Part shown: piece after piece, positions 1 to 9,698 of the stretch | Position numbering within the stretch: position 1 is the stretch's first letter | Layout: every line of letters begins with the position of its first letter | Source of the DNA: Alphaproteobacteria bacterium | Lineage (GTDB): Bacteria; Pseudomonadota; Alphaproteobacteria; UBA9219 | Direction: 5' to 3' | NCBI GenBank assembly: GCA_026225415.1 | Contig: JAMFSS010000006.1 | Span: 161,046 to 225,045, forward strand | Length of the DNA: 64,000 nucleotides | Made by a program: the position numbers and the translations under genes | Notes under the pieces: generated by a model | What the model saw: the letters and a program-made list of their open reading frames with translations, nothing else | What the model was told of the DNA's origin: nothing | Databases searched by the model: none

Positions 1-342
1 GGTTTCGCGATGCAATTCGCCATAGGTGATGTGACGAGCGGGCTCTGTGGGGATGTCGGGCTCCCAGATAAGTGCGGTTTGGTCGGCGCGTGTTTTAAGA
101 TGGCGGTCGATGCAATTGGCCGCGACATTCAAAATGCCATCTTCAAAATAGTTGATTTTCACATCGCCGGTAAAATTGCCGCCGTGGGTTTTGCTATAGG
201 GCTTTATCCAATCAAGAGTCTTGCCTTGTTCGCACCAGAACGCATCGGGGTCAGCAATGGATTGCGCATAAAGTTTTTTGTAACTATCGGCATCGATCCA
301 TGCCGATGCGGCGGAGGCGGGCGAAACGGGGATAAGGGTCAT
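1..342 (-). CDS. acs: acetyl-coenzyme A synthetase, N-terminal part (gene continues past window start)
   Basis: Manual minus-strand translation from a start codon at 340-342 gives MTLIPVSPASAASAWIDADSYKKLYAQSIADPDAFWCEQGKTLDWIKPYSKTHGGNFTGDVKINYFEDGILNVAANCIDRHLKTRADQTALIWEPDIP... This closely matches the Acs N-terminus (FWGEQGK.LDWIKPY, YEDG.LN.AANC.DRHL, A.IWE.D). No stop before the window edge, so it is absent from the ORF track. The + ORF 10..363 is its shadow. Confidence 0.7.
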   Translation of the reverse strand, partial: MTLIPVSPASAASAWIDADSYKKLYAQSIADPDAFWCEQGKTLDWIKPYSKTHGGNFTGDVKINYFEDGILNVAANCIDRHLKTRADQTALIWEPDIPTEPARHITYGELHRET

Positions 343-352
343 GTGTTTCCTG

Positions 353-2383
353 TTATTGGATAAGTGCGCCCAACAAAGCGCGCAACACGGCGGCGCAGAT
401 CAGGATAAGCGCCAGAAAGCTGCTGATGGATGCGGCCATCGGTTTGCCTGCGCCGCGCACCACACTTTCGCGGTTGTTGATTTTGGCTTCCATCGCATTG
501 ATTTCTTTTTGGGTGTTCAGATACAATAAACGCGCCGCGATAAAATCCTGACGGTCGCGTTCCATGCGGCGTTGATCATCGACCAGACGCAACAGCGACG
601 ACAGATTGCCGCTCTTGATCGTTTCCTGTGCCTGTTTTTTCAAATGATCGCGCAAGGCTTTGCTGAGGAAACGGCGCAAGGCAGGGTCGACAATGGAAGA
701 CAACCAACCGGCAAGCGAAGGCAGGTTCTCGGGCCCGTGGCGGTTCTGCATTTCGGCATACAGATTAAGCAAACCCAAGCCACGCGCCAAAGACCCTTCG
801 GGCGCCATCATGGCCGAGAAAAACGAGTCGCTGCGTTTATCGCGCACGATAAGGAAGGCGGCAATATGCCTGTCCATCGCCTCTTTGGGGCGGTTGCCTG
901 CCCCCGCGATGCGTTCCAACGCGGCCATCATCATTTTGGGTGTCGTTACATATTGGCCGCGTAAAATCGGGCTTTGGCAGGGCAGGCCGGGATTAAGTTC
1001 ATAGGTGACGCGTTCGATACCATTGCCGAACGAAGCTTTTTCGATAATGCCTTTCATGCGCTCGAAAGCCTGGCCCAGCGAAATAAAATCGCCCTTGCCG
1101 TCTTTTTGCATCTGTATCCACAAAGTCACCAGCTGGCTTGCGATAATTTCGGCAAGCGCCGGCAAATTTTGCGGATCAAACGATGTTTCGGCCAGCAAGG
1201 CCGCGATACCCGTGGGCATGGCGGAAATGCCGCGATAACGGATGGGCAAGGACGGGCTAAGCGCGATACAAACGCGGGTTACCAGCTGATCTTCATAATG
1301 GGTCGCTTTGCCGCCGGATTTCAAATCATGGATAACGCGTTCCACATCATGGGCGCGGTCTTCGTCGTTCATCGCGCGGCGCAACCATTTATGCAGCGAT
1401 TCATTTTCGATAACTTTGGCGGCTTCGGCCACATTGCCCGACAGCGCCAGCGCCAAAGGCGCTATCTGCCAATATTCCTTGCCGCCAAAATCAAAATGGC
1501 GCGACGAACGTTTGCCGGCGTCCGAACTTTTCGGCGTCATGCGGCGGCCATTCAGCCATTGTTCCAGATCATTCGCCGACCAGCGTTGATTGGAATCATC
1601 CGCCAGAAGCCCGCGCAAAAGCTCGATATGCGTTGTCGATAAACGGTGATTGCCGATAAGCGCGCCGAAACTGCCGCGCTGCATTTTCAGATCAATAATC
1701 GCCGCGTCATCCATATCCTGTAACGGGTTGCGCCCGATGACCATAAGCGCCAGCGTAACGCCAAAGGCGTAACAATCATCGGCAGGCAACCCCATGCCGC
1801 GGCCAAGCGGCGAGGCCAAGGCGCGTTCGACCGGTTCAAACAAAATGGGTTGCCCCATGCCGGCGGGCGATGACAGGCATTCGCCGATTTGCGGCGGCGA
1901 CGCGTTGCCGATACGCCAGAAAATATTGGTGGGGCGGATACCGTTATGGACTATCCCGTAATTATTCAGGACAACCAGACTGTTGATCATCGGCGTGATG
2001 AAATGCTGATGCACCGCATCTTCGCTTAGGGGCGTGTGGGTTTCATTGATGGTGGCGAACATGCGCGGTGCCACCGGCCTTTGATAGACAAAGGCAAAGG
2101 CGCGGGTTCCATCCATCCATGTGATAACACCGGAATCGACAAGCCGGATGATGCCGGGGCTGTCGATATTGCGCATGATTTGCGCCATATCGCTGCGCGG
2201 CGGCAATGTCGATTGGCAGATAATGGCAAAATAACTGCTGGCGGCGTCAAAACGGCTGCGCGCGGCATAGGCGTTGCCGCCGGTGCTGTTAAATTCGGGC
2301 AGGGGCTGGGACGGGATAATCTCGATCTGAGACCCCAGCGGGATGCCGTTGGCTGTGCCATTTTGCGCGGTGTCGTAAGACAT
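353..2383 (-). CDS. protein-kinase-like (pseudokinase) domain protein with C-terminal transmembrane anchor
   Basis: 676 aa ORF. The N-terminal ~280 aa show kinase-fold landmarks but degenerate catalytic motifs (HNGIRPTNIFW in place of HRDLKPxN, no clear VAIK lysine or DFG). The extreme C-terminus is hydrophobic (MAASISSFLALILICAAVLRALLGALIQ). Confidence 0.6.
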   Translation of the reverse strand: MSYDTAQNGTANGIPLGSQIEIIPSQPLPEFNSTGGNAYAARSRFDAASSYFAIICQSTLPPRSDMAQIMRNIDSPGIIRLVDSGVITWMDGTRAFAFVYQRPVAPRMFATINETHTPLSEDAVHQHFITPMINSLVVLNNYGIVHNGIRPTNIFWRIGNASPPQIGECLSSPAGMGQPILFEPVERALASPLGRGMGLPADDCYAFGVTLALMVIGRNPLQDMDDAAIIDLKMQRGSFGALIGNHRLSTTHIELLRGLLADDSNQRWSANDLEQWLNGRRMTPKSSDAGKRSSRHFDFGGKEYWQIAPLALALSGNVAEAAKVIENESLHKWLRRAMNDEDRAHDVERVIHDLKSGGKATHYEDQLVTRVCIALSPSLPIRYRGISAMPTGIAALLAETSFDPQNLPALAEIIASQLVTLWIQMQKDGKGDFISLGQAFERMKGIIEKASFGNGIERVTYELNPGLPCQSPILRGQYVTTPKMMMAALERIAGAGNRPKEAMDRHIAAFLIVRDKRSDSFFSAMMAPEGSLARGLGLLNLYAEMQNRHGPENLPSLAGWLSSIVDPALRRFLSKALRDHLKKQAQETIKSGNLSSLLRLVDDQRRMERDRQDFIAARLLYLNTQKEINAMEAKINNRESVVRGAGKPMAASISSFLALILICAAVLRALLGALIQ

Positions 2384-2464
2384 GGGGGAGAGAGGGGGGG
2401 GAAAGAGAGGGGTCAGAGCGAAGAGGAAGAAGGGAGAGAGTAAACCCTAGAGCATTTAGAGAGA

Positions 2465-3733
2465 TTAGGGAAATGCCTGATTGCGAAGCGTGGCATAAAA
2501 ACCGCTTTTTTCGGTAAAAGAGGGAATCGCGACAAGCTTTTCGCCTGCCCACAGCGCGGGTAGGGTTGCGCGGATACGTCCCTGGGGGATGTCGTGGCGC
2601 AAAATGGGGGCAAGTTGGTCGATGATGTCATGCGAAGGCATGCCCAAAGCGCGGATTTCGCCTTTGGGTGTTAGGGCGTCAGCGTTTATTACCCAACGCC
2701 CATCCCATGTAATTGGTTGTTCCGGTGATAACACACAGATTTCCGTTGCCGCCGCCGGTTCGCGGAAAAGCGTCACCTGTTTTTCGGTAAGGGAAATCAG
2801 GCAGCCATAAAGGCTGCGCGTGGTGTCATCTGCTGATGTCAGAATATGATCATAGGCATCGGCTAACGCATCCTGTTCCGGCGGGTAATCATTGGGATGG
2901 ATGATGCGCAAACAGATGGCGATTGCGCGGAGGCCAATCGCGCGGGGTGGTGTGGATAAGGCGCGGCGGTCGAGGCGGATGCTGCCGTATTTTTCAATCT
3001 GCGCGGTTTGGCGCAGGAATTCGTGGGTGATTGTTGCCAGCGCTTCGGTGGCTTCGGATGCCCGCGCGCCAAGCCGCAACAAATTTTCTGTTGTCAGCCC
3101 TTCTTGCGCCAGAAGCGGCATGATGTTGCGCAAACGTCCGCGTGTGAATTTATCCGATGCGTTGCTGGGGTCGGTGACAAATTGGATGTTATCTGTGTCG
3201 CATGTGGCGATTAACCGCGATTTGGGAAAGTTCAGAAAAGGGCGCAGCAGACGGATATTGCCGCGCATGCTGGCGGGTGCGATGCCGGATAATCCTTCAA
3301 CCGCGCTGCCTTTGGCGATACGCATCAAAATAGTTTCAGCCTGATCATCGGCATGATGCGCGGTTAGTAAATCTGTTACGCCATGTTGGTGGCAGGCTTG
3401 TAACAACAAATCATAACGCGCCTGCCGGGCTTTTTCGTGAATCGCGCCGGAAATTTGTGGGTGGTGCCAGCGCAGGATTTCGGCGCGGATACCCATTGTG
3501 CCCAGACTTCTTTTGACCTGTTCGGCTTCGGTGGTGGACTCAGAACGCAAGCCGTGATCGACGATAAAGGCAATGCAGGGGATATTTGCGCGTTTGATAC
3601 AAAAAGCCAAAGCCATCGAATCCGGCCCGCCGGAAATGGCCAGCGCGATTGGCGATGACAAAGGGGCGAAGGGGTTTAACGCTTGCGCAATATCATCGGC
3701 GCTCAGGGCTGTATCCCTTAACGTGCCGGGCAT
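2465..3733 (-). CDS. tilS: tRNA(Ile)-lysidine synthetase
   Basis: PP-loop motif SGGPDSMALA near the N-terminus. 422 aa. Sits next to the tol-pal cpoB gene, as is typical in alphaproteobacteria. Confidence 0.85.
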   Translation of the reverse strand: MPGTLRDTALSADDIAQALNPFAPLSSPIALAISGGPDSMALAFCIKRANIPCIAFIVDHGLRSESTTEAEQVKRSLGTMGIRAEILRWHHPQISGAIHEKARQARYDLLLQACHQHGVTDLLTAHHADDQAETILMRIAKGSAVEGLSGIAPASMRGNIRLLRPFLNFPKSRLIATCDTDNIQFVTDPSNASDKFTRGRLRNIMPLLAQEGLTTENLLRLGARASEATEALATITHEFLRQTAQIEKYGSIRLDRRALSTPPRAIGLRAIAICLRIIHPNDYPPEQDALADAYDHILTSADDTTRSLYGCLISLTEKQVTLFREPAAATEICVLSPEQPITWDGRWVINADALTPKGEIRALGMPSHDIIDQLAPILRHDIPQGRIRATLPALWAGEKLVAIPSFTEKSGFYATLRNQAFP

Positions 3734-4572
3734 TTCAATCTTGTGCGCTCATCATCGGCGCGCGCTTTGATCGAAGCGGAAGCGTTGGGGTATTTGCTTT
3801 TCAGCTCGCCCAGCGTGACGCAGGCATCCGGTATTTTATTGATCTGACCCAACGACATGCCCAGTTTCAACAGGCTGTCGGGCGCTTTGGTGCCGCGCGG
3901 ATTGGTTTGAAACGCATCGGCGAAAGCGACTGCCGATTGGTCGAATTTGGCGCGGACATACAAGGTTTCGCCGTACCAATATTTGGCGTTGTCGATCAAT
4001 TTGTCTTTGGGGTTTTTTTCGATGAATGTTTTGAAAGCGGTTTCGGCGTCGGGATAATTGGCGGCGCGTAATAAACCAAAGGCGCGTTCATATTGTTCTT
4101 CTGTCGTCAGGCCGTAATCGGCGGGTGCGTTGGGCAAAGGGGGCGATTGCGGATTATTCACGCCGCCTGTTACCTTGCCATTCTGCATTTTAATGGCGCC
4201 CAAGGTGCCGTTTTGCTCGATAACGGGTGCGGGCGGTTGTACCACCACCGGAGGTGGGGGTGGCGGGGCCGCTGCTTGTTGTTGCAAACTGACGACTGTG
4301 GATTCCAGTTTGGTCAGACGCGCATCATCATCGGCCTGTAGCCGCTGCATCGCTGCATCGACGCGGCGCACCGCGAATTCGACCTGTTCGATGCGGCCGC
4401 TAAGAGTGCGGAGTTGATCTTCAAGAGTGGTGATGCGTGTTTCTGTGCGCGTGCTTGATGACGCCGCGGGCGGTTGTTGGGGTATGTAGGTGGGCGCGTC
4501 ATCCTGTGCCCATACCGGGGCGGTGGTCAGAAGGAGGACAAGGCCAAGCGCGGAAAAACGGGAAAGGGGCAT
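3718..4572 (-). CDS. cpoB: tol-pal system protein YbgF/CpoB (coiled-coil plus TPR)
   Basis: Signal peptide MPLSRFSALGLVLLLTTAPVWAQ, a coiled-coil segment, a Pro-rich linker and a C-terminal TPR-like region (YWYGETLYVRAKFDQSAVAF). Confidence 0.75.
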   Translation of the reverse strand: MPLSRFSALGLVLLLTTAPVWAQDDAPTYIPQQPPAASSSTRTETRITTLEDQLRTLSGRIEQVEFAVRRVDAAMQRLQADDDARLTKLESTVVSLQQQAAAPPPPPPVVVQPPAPVIEQNGTLGAIKMQNGKVTGGVNNPQSPPLPNAPADYGLTTEEQYERAFGLLRAANYPDAETAFKTFIEKNPKDKLIDNAKYWYGETLYVRAKFDQSAVAFADAFQTNPRGTKAPDSLLKLGMSLGQINKIPDACVTLGELKSKYPNASASIKARADDERTRLKCPAR

Positions 4573-4685
4573 GGGGATTCACGGAACGGGGAAAAGACAA
4601 AGTAACTGTAGCCCATTTTGGGGTGAGGTCAAATGGTGGGGTTACATTTCATCAAGATAGAAGTAGGCGCCTAATAAAAGAAGTA

Positions 4686-4769
4686 ACCCCCCACCGGCAA
4701 AAACTAAGACTTACGCCCCAAAGCGTAAGCCTAAGTTTTTGCTTCCTCCCCCCAAGGGGGGAAGGAAGG
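4686..4769. repeat. ~85 bp double-hairpin intergenic repeat, copy A (second copy at 8434..8516)
   Basis: About 90% identical to 8434..8516. Contains two stem-loops (cttacgc/gcgtaag and cccccc/gggggg). Confidence 0.7.
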
Positions 4770-4770
4770 A

Positions 4771-4800
4771 ACAAAAAACCGGAGACATTTTCATGTCCCC
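4771..4800 (-). terminator. rho-independent terminator for the small minus-strand gene 4840..5073
   Basis: Hairpin ggagacat-tttc-atgtcccc. On the minus strand it is followed by GGTTTTTTGT. Confidence 0.5.
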
Positions 4801-4839
4801 GGCTTTTGACAAGCCCCCCGGCTTGGAAACCTTACGAAA

Positions 4840-5073
4840 TCAAAAACTTTCGGATGATGCGATTTTGCGGCGACGGCCGCGGCGCGGAATATCGCTGAAC
4901 TGGCTCAGGATGCCTGCTTGCAAAGTGTCTTGCTGAAGTTCGGTCAAAGCGCGTTTCAGGGCGATCTTTTCGCGCAAATCGTCTTGGTCGCCGATGCTCA
5001 TGATCGACAGGCGGTTTTCGATCAAATCGTTCAAAACTTCGATGCTGCTGCGTGATAAAATCATTTTATTCAC
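4840..5073 (-). CDS. small hypothetical protein (77 aa)
   Basis: ORF with its own downstream terminator and an AT-rich upstream region (5074-5290). Charged, helical-looking sequence. No family recognised. Confidence 0.45.
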   Translation of the reverse strand: MNKMILSRSSIEVLNDLIENRLSIMSIGDQDDLREKIALKRALTELQQDTLQAGILSQFSDIPRRGRRRKIASSESF

Positions 5074-5290
5074 CCTCTTTAATGTTTTCCGAAAATGTCT
5101 CTCTAATGTTCCTATTATTTATCTAAAATGCTTAATATCTTGTGAAAAAAATCCACTTATTTTGAAAAATATTCAGGCGGCGCAAGAGCTTGCCTACGGG
5201 CATAGTCATTGGATTCGTTCGGGAATCCGCGCCGGATGATTACTTAAATGTTAAAAATCTGCCCAAATTTTTCGCCTTATAGGACAAAGA

Positions 5291-8200
5291 TCAGGAGTGG
5301 GTCTTGTGTTTATGGTGGTCGGCGCCGAGCGCCATATAAATGGCGGGTACGACGAACAGGGTGAACAGGGTGCCGATTGCCAAACCGGATGCGATAACCA
5401 GACCCATATTATAACGCGATGCCGCGCCCGCGCCCGAGGCGAAGATAAGCGGCATGACGCCCAGAACCATCGCGGCTGTGGTCATAAGAATGGGGCGCAG
5501 ACGGATGCTGGTGGCGGCAATGATCGCTTCCAGTTTTGGTTTGTTTTCTTCTTCTTGCAGTTTGTTGGCGAATTCGGTGATCAAAATCCCGTGTTTGCTG
5601 ACCAATCCGATCAGGGTGATAAGCCCGACCTTGGTATAGATATTGATGCTGGCGCCGCCGAAACCCAGCGAGATGAAAAGTAACGCGCCCGAAATCGCCA
5701 TCGGCACCGAGATCAGAATGATCAACGGGTCGCGGAAAGATTCAAATTGCGCGGCCAATGACAGGAAGATGATGATGGTTGCCAGCACCAGCGTCATGTA
5801 AAACCCGCCGGATTCTTGCGAGATTTGACGGAATTCGCCGCCGTAATCGATGGTGTAACCTTCGGGCAGAGTATCCTTGGCCAGTTTTTGCAAGTAAGCC
5901 ATCGCATCGCCCGCGGCGACGCCCGGAAATTCCACGCCCTGAATGGTGGCGGAATTCAACTGTTGAAAATGGTTCAGCGATTCAGGGACGGTTTCGTTTT
6001 TCAACGTCACAAGCGTGGAAAGCGGAACCGAATTGCCGCTTTGGGTACGGATGTAATAATTATTCAACTGATCGGCGTTCAGGCGCGACGCTTGTTCGAC
6101 CTGCGGGATGACTTTGTAGGAACGGCCGCCAAAGCTGAAATAATTGACATAACCGCCCCCCAGCATGGATGACAGGGAACTGCCGACATCATCCATCGTT
6201 AGACCCAATTCCGCAGCCTTGTCGCGGTTGATTTCAACGGTGGTTTGCGGCTTGTCGACTTTCAAATCATTGTCGAGGAACAGGAACATGTGGCTCTGTA
6301 AGGCTTTGGCCAGAAAATCCCATGACACTTCGGCCACTTCGCTGAACGGTTTGGTGGATTTGATGACGAACTGCACAGGATAACCCTGGCTGCCCGGCAG
6401 TGGCGGCGGGTTGATAACGACGGAATTAAAGCCCGAGATGCTGCTGACATCTTTGGTTAGCAAACCTTGCAGTTGGGATGCGGTGCGCGTGCGCTTGTCC
6501 CACGGTTTGAAAACCAGACCGGCCAAGGAATTACCCGGCGCTTCGATCTGGAAGATGCTTTCGGTTTCGGGATAGGCCGCGAATTTTTGATAGACCTGAT
6601 GCGCATAGAATAATTTTTGTTCCAAGGTCGCGTTGGGCGCGGGGGTTTGCAGCGACAACAGATAGCCTTGGTCTTCGGGCGGCGCCAATTCGCTTTTTGC
6701 GGTGACATAAAACAAAGGAATACTGATGAAAATCAATGCGGCAAAAACATACGTGACCGGGCGAAATTTCAGGCTGCTGCGCAGAAGGCGTTCATAACGC
6801 GTGTGGATGTAATCGAAGCGCTTATCGATCCAGCCGACAATATTCTTTTCCCATTGTGGGCTTTGGTCGCGCGGTTTTAAAAAGATCGAGCAGAGCATCG
6901 GTGAGGAGGTCAGCGCGATGATGGCAGAGATAGTGACGGCGCCGACCAACGTAAAGGCAAATTCGGTGAAGAGCGCACCCGTCAGGTCGCCCTGAAAACC
7001 AATCGGCACATAGACGGCGATCAAAACAATCGTCATCGCGATAATCGGCCCCGCCAATTCGCGCGCCGCAAGCAGTGACGCATCGAGCGGCGATAGCCCA
7101 TCATCCAGATGGCGGTTGACATTTTCCACCACGATAATCGCGTCATCGACCACAAGCCCGATGCCAAGCACAAGCGCGAGCAGCGTCAGAAGATTGATGG
7201 AGAAACCGAACATCAACATCATGAACAACGCGCCAATCAACGACAAAGGAATGGCGATAACGGGGATAAGAACGGCGCGGGGCGAACCCAGGAAGGCGAA
7301 CACAACCAGCGTCACGATCAATATAGCTTCGATCAGGGTCATGACAACTTCGTGGATCGAGCTGTTCACGAAAACGGTCGAGTCATACACGATGCGGCTA
7401 TAGATGCCTTGCGGTTGTTGTCTTTGGATATCGGCAAAAACGCTGCGCACATCGGCGATAACGTTGAGCAGATTGGCGGCGGGCGCAATTTTAATGCCGA
7501 TATAAACGGCCTTTTTGCCATCGAATGAAACGCGGGATTCATAATCATCCGCGCCCAAGGTGACGTTGCCGACATCTTGCAAACGGACGATGCCGCCATT
7601 TTGTTGCTTGATGATCAGGTTACGGAATTCTTCAAGGCTGTGCAGGCCGGTTGATGCCGTGAGGGTGGCCTGAACCAATTGGCCCTTGGTGTTGCCAAGG
7701 CCGGAAATATAATCATTTTTGGTCAAAGCCGCGCTGACATCGCTGGCAGTCAGGCTGTAAGCGGCCAGTTTTTCGGGGTCCAACCACGCGCGCAACGCGA
7801 AATTCTGGCCGCCGATGACTTCTGCCGTTTGCACGCCGGTGACGGCCTGCAAACGCGGCTGCACAACGCGGGTTAAATAGTCGGTGATATCATTTTGCGG
7901 CAAGACATCGCTGTTAAAACCGACATACATCGCGTCGATTGTTTGGCCGATGGAGATGTTAAGGACAGGCTGTTGCGAACCGGGCGGAAGCTGGTTGAGG
8001 ATCGAGCTGACCTTGGTGTTGATTTCGGTAAGCGCTTTATCGCTGTCATAGTTCAAACGCAGATAGACGGAAATCGTGCTGACGCTGGTTTGGCTGTTCG
8101 ATGTGATGTAATCGATGCCGTTGGCTTGCGCGATGGCGTTTTCCAAAGGTGTCGTGATAAAGCCCGCGACGGTATCGGGGTCGGCACCGTAGTAAGTGGT

Positions 8201-8344
8201 GGTAACGGTGATAACTGCGTTTTCCGTATGCGGATATTGGTTGACCGGCAAGGCCAGATAGGCGCGTGCGCCAAGCACCAAAATCATCAAGGTGACGACG
8301 CTGGCCAATACGGGGCGGCGGATAAAAAGATCTGTGAATTTCAT
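5291..8344 (-). CDS. RND multidrug efflux transporter, AcrB/MexB family inner-membrane pump
   Basis: About 1017 aa from MKFTDLFIRRPVLA. Has the typical RND N-terminus, 12-TM architecture and large periplasmic loops. Confidence 0.9.
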   Translation of the reverse strand: MKFTDLFIRRPVLASVVTLMILVLGARAYLALPVNQYPHTENAVITVTTTYYGADPDTVAGFITTPLENAIAQANGIDYITSNSQTSVSTISVYLRLNYDSDKALTEINTKVSSILNQLPPGSQQPVLNISIGQTIDAMYVGFNSDVLPQNDITDYLTRVVQPRLQAVTGVQTAEVIGGQNFALRAWLDPEKLAAYSLTASDVSAALTKNDYISGLGNTKGQLVQATLTASTGLHSLEEFRNLIIKQQNGGIVRLQDVGNVTLGADDYESRVSFDGKKAVYIGIKIAPAANLLNVIADVRSVFADIQRQQPQGIYSRIVYDSTVFVNSSIHEVVMTLIEAILIVTLVVFAFLGSPRAVLIPVIAIPLSLIGALFMMLMFGFSINLLTLLALVLGIGLVVDDAIIVVENVNRHLDDGLSPLDASLLAARELAGPIIAMTIVLIAVYVPIGFQGDLTGALFTEFAFTLVGAVTISAIIALTSSPMLCSIFLKPRDQSPQWEKNIVGWIDKRFDYIHTRYERLLRSSLKFRPVTYVFAALIFISIPLFYVTAKSELAPPEDQGYLLSLQTPAPNATLEQKLFYAHQVYQKFAAYPETESIFQIEAPGNSLAGLVFKPWDKRTRTASQLQGLLTKDVSSISGFNSVVINPPPLPGSQGYPVQFVIKSTKPFSEVAEVSWDFLAKALQSHMFLFLDNDLKVDKPQTTVEINRDKAAELGLTMDDVGSSLSSMLGGGYVNYFSFGGRSYKVIPQVEQASRLNADQLNNYYIRTQSGNSVPLSTLVTLKNETVPESLNHFQQLNSATIQGVEFPGVAAGDAMAYLQKLAKDTLPEGYTIDYGGEFRQISQESGGFYMTLVLATIIIFLSLAAQFESFRDPLIILISVPMAISGALLFISLGFGGASINIYTKVGLITLIGLVSKHGILITEFANKLQEEENKPKLEAIIAATSIRLRPILMTTAAMVLGVMPLIFASGAGAASRYNMGLVIASGLAIGTLFTLFVVPAIYMALGADHHKHKTHS

Positions 8345-8433
8345 GGCAATCCTATGTGTTGGCTCGCGAAGCCTTCGTGGCTTAGGTTCAATCCACAATC
8401 AGAGCATTTCATAAACAAGTGAGGATAATCGAC

Positions 8434-8516
8434 CCCCCACCTGCAAAAACTAAGACTTACGCCCCAAGAGCGTAAGCCTAAGTTTTTTGCTTCCTCCCCC
8501 ACAAGGGGGAGGGAAA
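8434..8516. repeat. ~85 bp double-hairpin repeat, copy B, in the MFP-RND intercistronic gap
   Basis: Near-identical to 4686..4769. Lies in the 230 bp gap between the MFP stop (8574) and the RND start (8344). Confidence 0.7.
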
Positions 8517-8573
8517 CCTCTAATCGTCATTCCCGACTTTTGCCTCGCCTCATCTATCGGGTGTATTGAGAAT

Positions 8574-9698
8574 TTATTGGTCTTGTGGCTTTGGATTGGA
8601 ATCCGCCGCTGGCTTGTTGTCGTTATTGATGACCACCGGCACATCATTGCGTAATTTAACCTGGCCGCTGGTGACGACTTCGTCGCCTTCCTGTACGCCG
8701 GAAAGAATGGTGACCAGATCGCCGCGCGTTTCGCCGGTTGTCACAACGCTTTGTTGAACGGTTGTTTGCGCTTTGCCGTCTTTGCCCTCGCCCTGTTTGA
8801 CCAGATAGACGACATTGCCATAGGTGTTAAACACAATCGCAGTTTGCGGCAGCGTAAGGGCGCGGTTGGTTTGTCCGGCATCGACCGTGACCGAACCGAA
8901 CATGCCGGGCAGAACTTTATGCTCGGCGTTATCAATAGTGGCACGAACGCCGATATTGCGTGTGGCTTCATCAATCTTGGAATTGATGGCGGTGATTTTG
9001 CCGGTAAAGCTTTGGCCTTCGACCGCGTCGCTGTTCATATGGACGGTTTGGCCAACGGTCAGGCGCGACAGCGATTGTTCGGGCAACATGAAATCCACAT
9101 AGATCGGGTCAAGCTGTTGCAAGGTGACAATCGTGGTGCCCGGTTGCAGATATTGGCCGACATCGACCTGACGAATGCCCAAATGTCCAGCGAAAGGCGC
9201 ACGAATGGTTTTTTTGTCGATGATTGCCTGTTGCGCGGCGACTTGCGCCTTGGCGTTTGCCAAGGCTGCGCTGTCGGTGTCGACTGTGGCCTGGCTGATC
9301 GCCTGCGATTTCAATTGCTTCATATCGCGGTCGAGCGTGATTTGCGTCAAATTCGCGCTGGCTTGTAAGGCGTGCAGTTGCGCCACTTCATCGGCATCGC
9401 GCAAATGAACCAACACGGCGTCTTTGTCGGCATCGCCTCCGGAATCGAACGAAACGCTTTCGACAATACCCGCGACTTCGGCGGATAAATCCGCGCCATT
9501 CACGGCGCGAAGCGTGCCGACTGCGGTTAATTGCGGTTGCCAATCCTGCATTTCGGCTTTGGCGGTCGAAACGGTGGGTGCCGAAAAACTGGATGCCATT
9601 TGCGCCATGCCCGCCTTCATCGCGTGCATTTTATACGCGCCGAATGCGGCAATAATAATTGCCACGGCAATCAACATAATGATCATACGTTTAATCAT
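8574..9698 (-). CDS. RND efflux periplasmic adaptor (membrane fusion protein, AcrA/MexA family)
   Basis: 374 aa with an N-terminal TM anchor and coiled-coil hairpin. Immediately upstream of the RND pump. Overlaps the OMF gene by 4 nt. Confidence 0.85.
   Translation of the reverse strand: MIKRMIIMLIAVAIIIAAFGAYKMHAMKAGMAQMASSFSAPTVSTAKAEMQDWQPQLTAVGTLRAVNGADLSAEVAGIVESVSFDSGGDADKDAVLVHLRDADEVAQLHALQASANLTQITLDRDMKQLKSQAISQATVDTDSAALANAKAQVAAQQAIIDKKTIRAPFAGHLGIRQVDVGQYLQPGTTIVTLQQLDPIYVDFMLPEQSLSRLTVGQTVHMNSDAVEGQSFTGKITAINSKIDEATRNIGVRATIDNAEHKVLPGMFGSVTVDAGQTNRALTLPQTAIVFNTYGNVVYLVKQGEGKDGKAQTTVQQSVVTTGETRGDLVTILSGVQEGDEVVTSGQVKLRNDVPVVINNDNKPAADSNPKPQDQ

Noticed and set aside
10-363. + strand ORF (117 aa) at the window start
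   Set aside because: It is the antisense shadow of the minus-strand acs N-terminus, which translates into a clear Acs match. It has no family features of its own.
974-1642. Many long antisense or overlapping ORFs inside GC-rich genes (such as 974..1642, 2036..2443, 5816..6172, 7109..7528, 8751..9368, 15102..15518, 33509..33973, 41403..42014, 43077..43661, 52296..52820)
   Set aside because: They lie entirely within confidently assigned genes on the other strand or frame. Their sequences are Arg/Gly/Ala-rich and low-complexity, as is typical of high-GC shadow ORFs.
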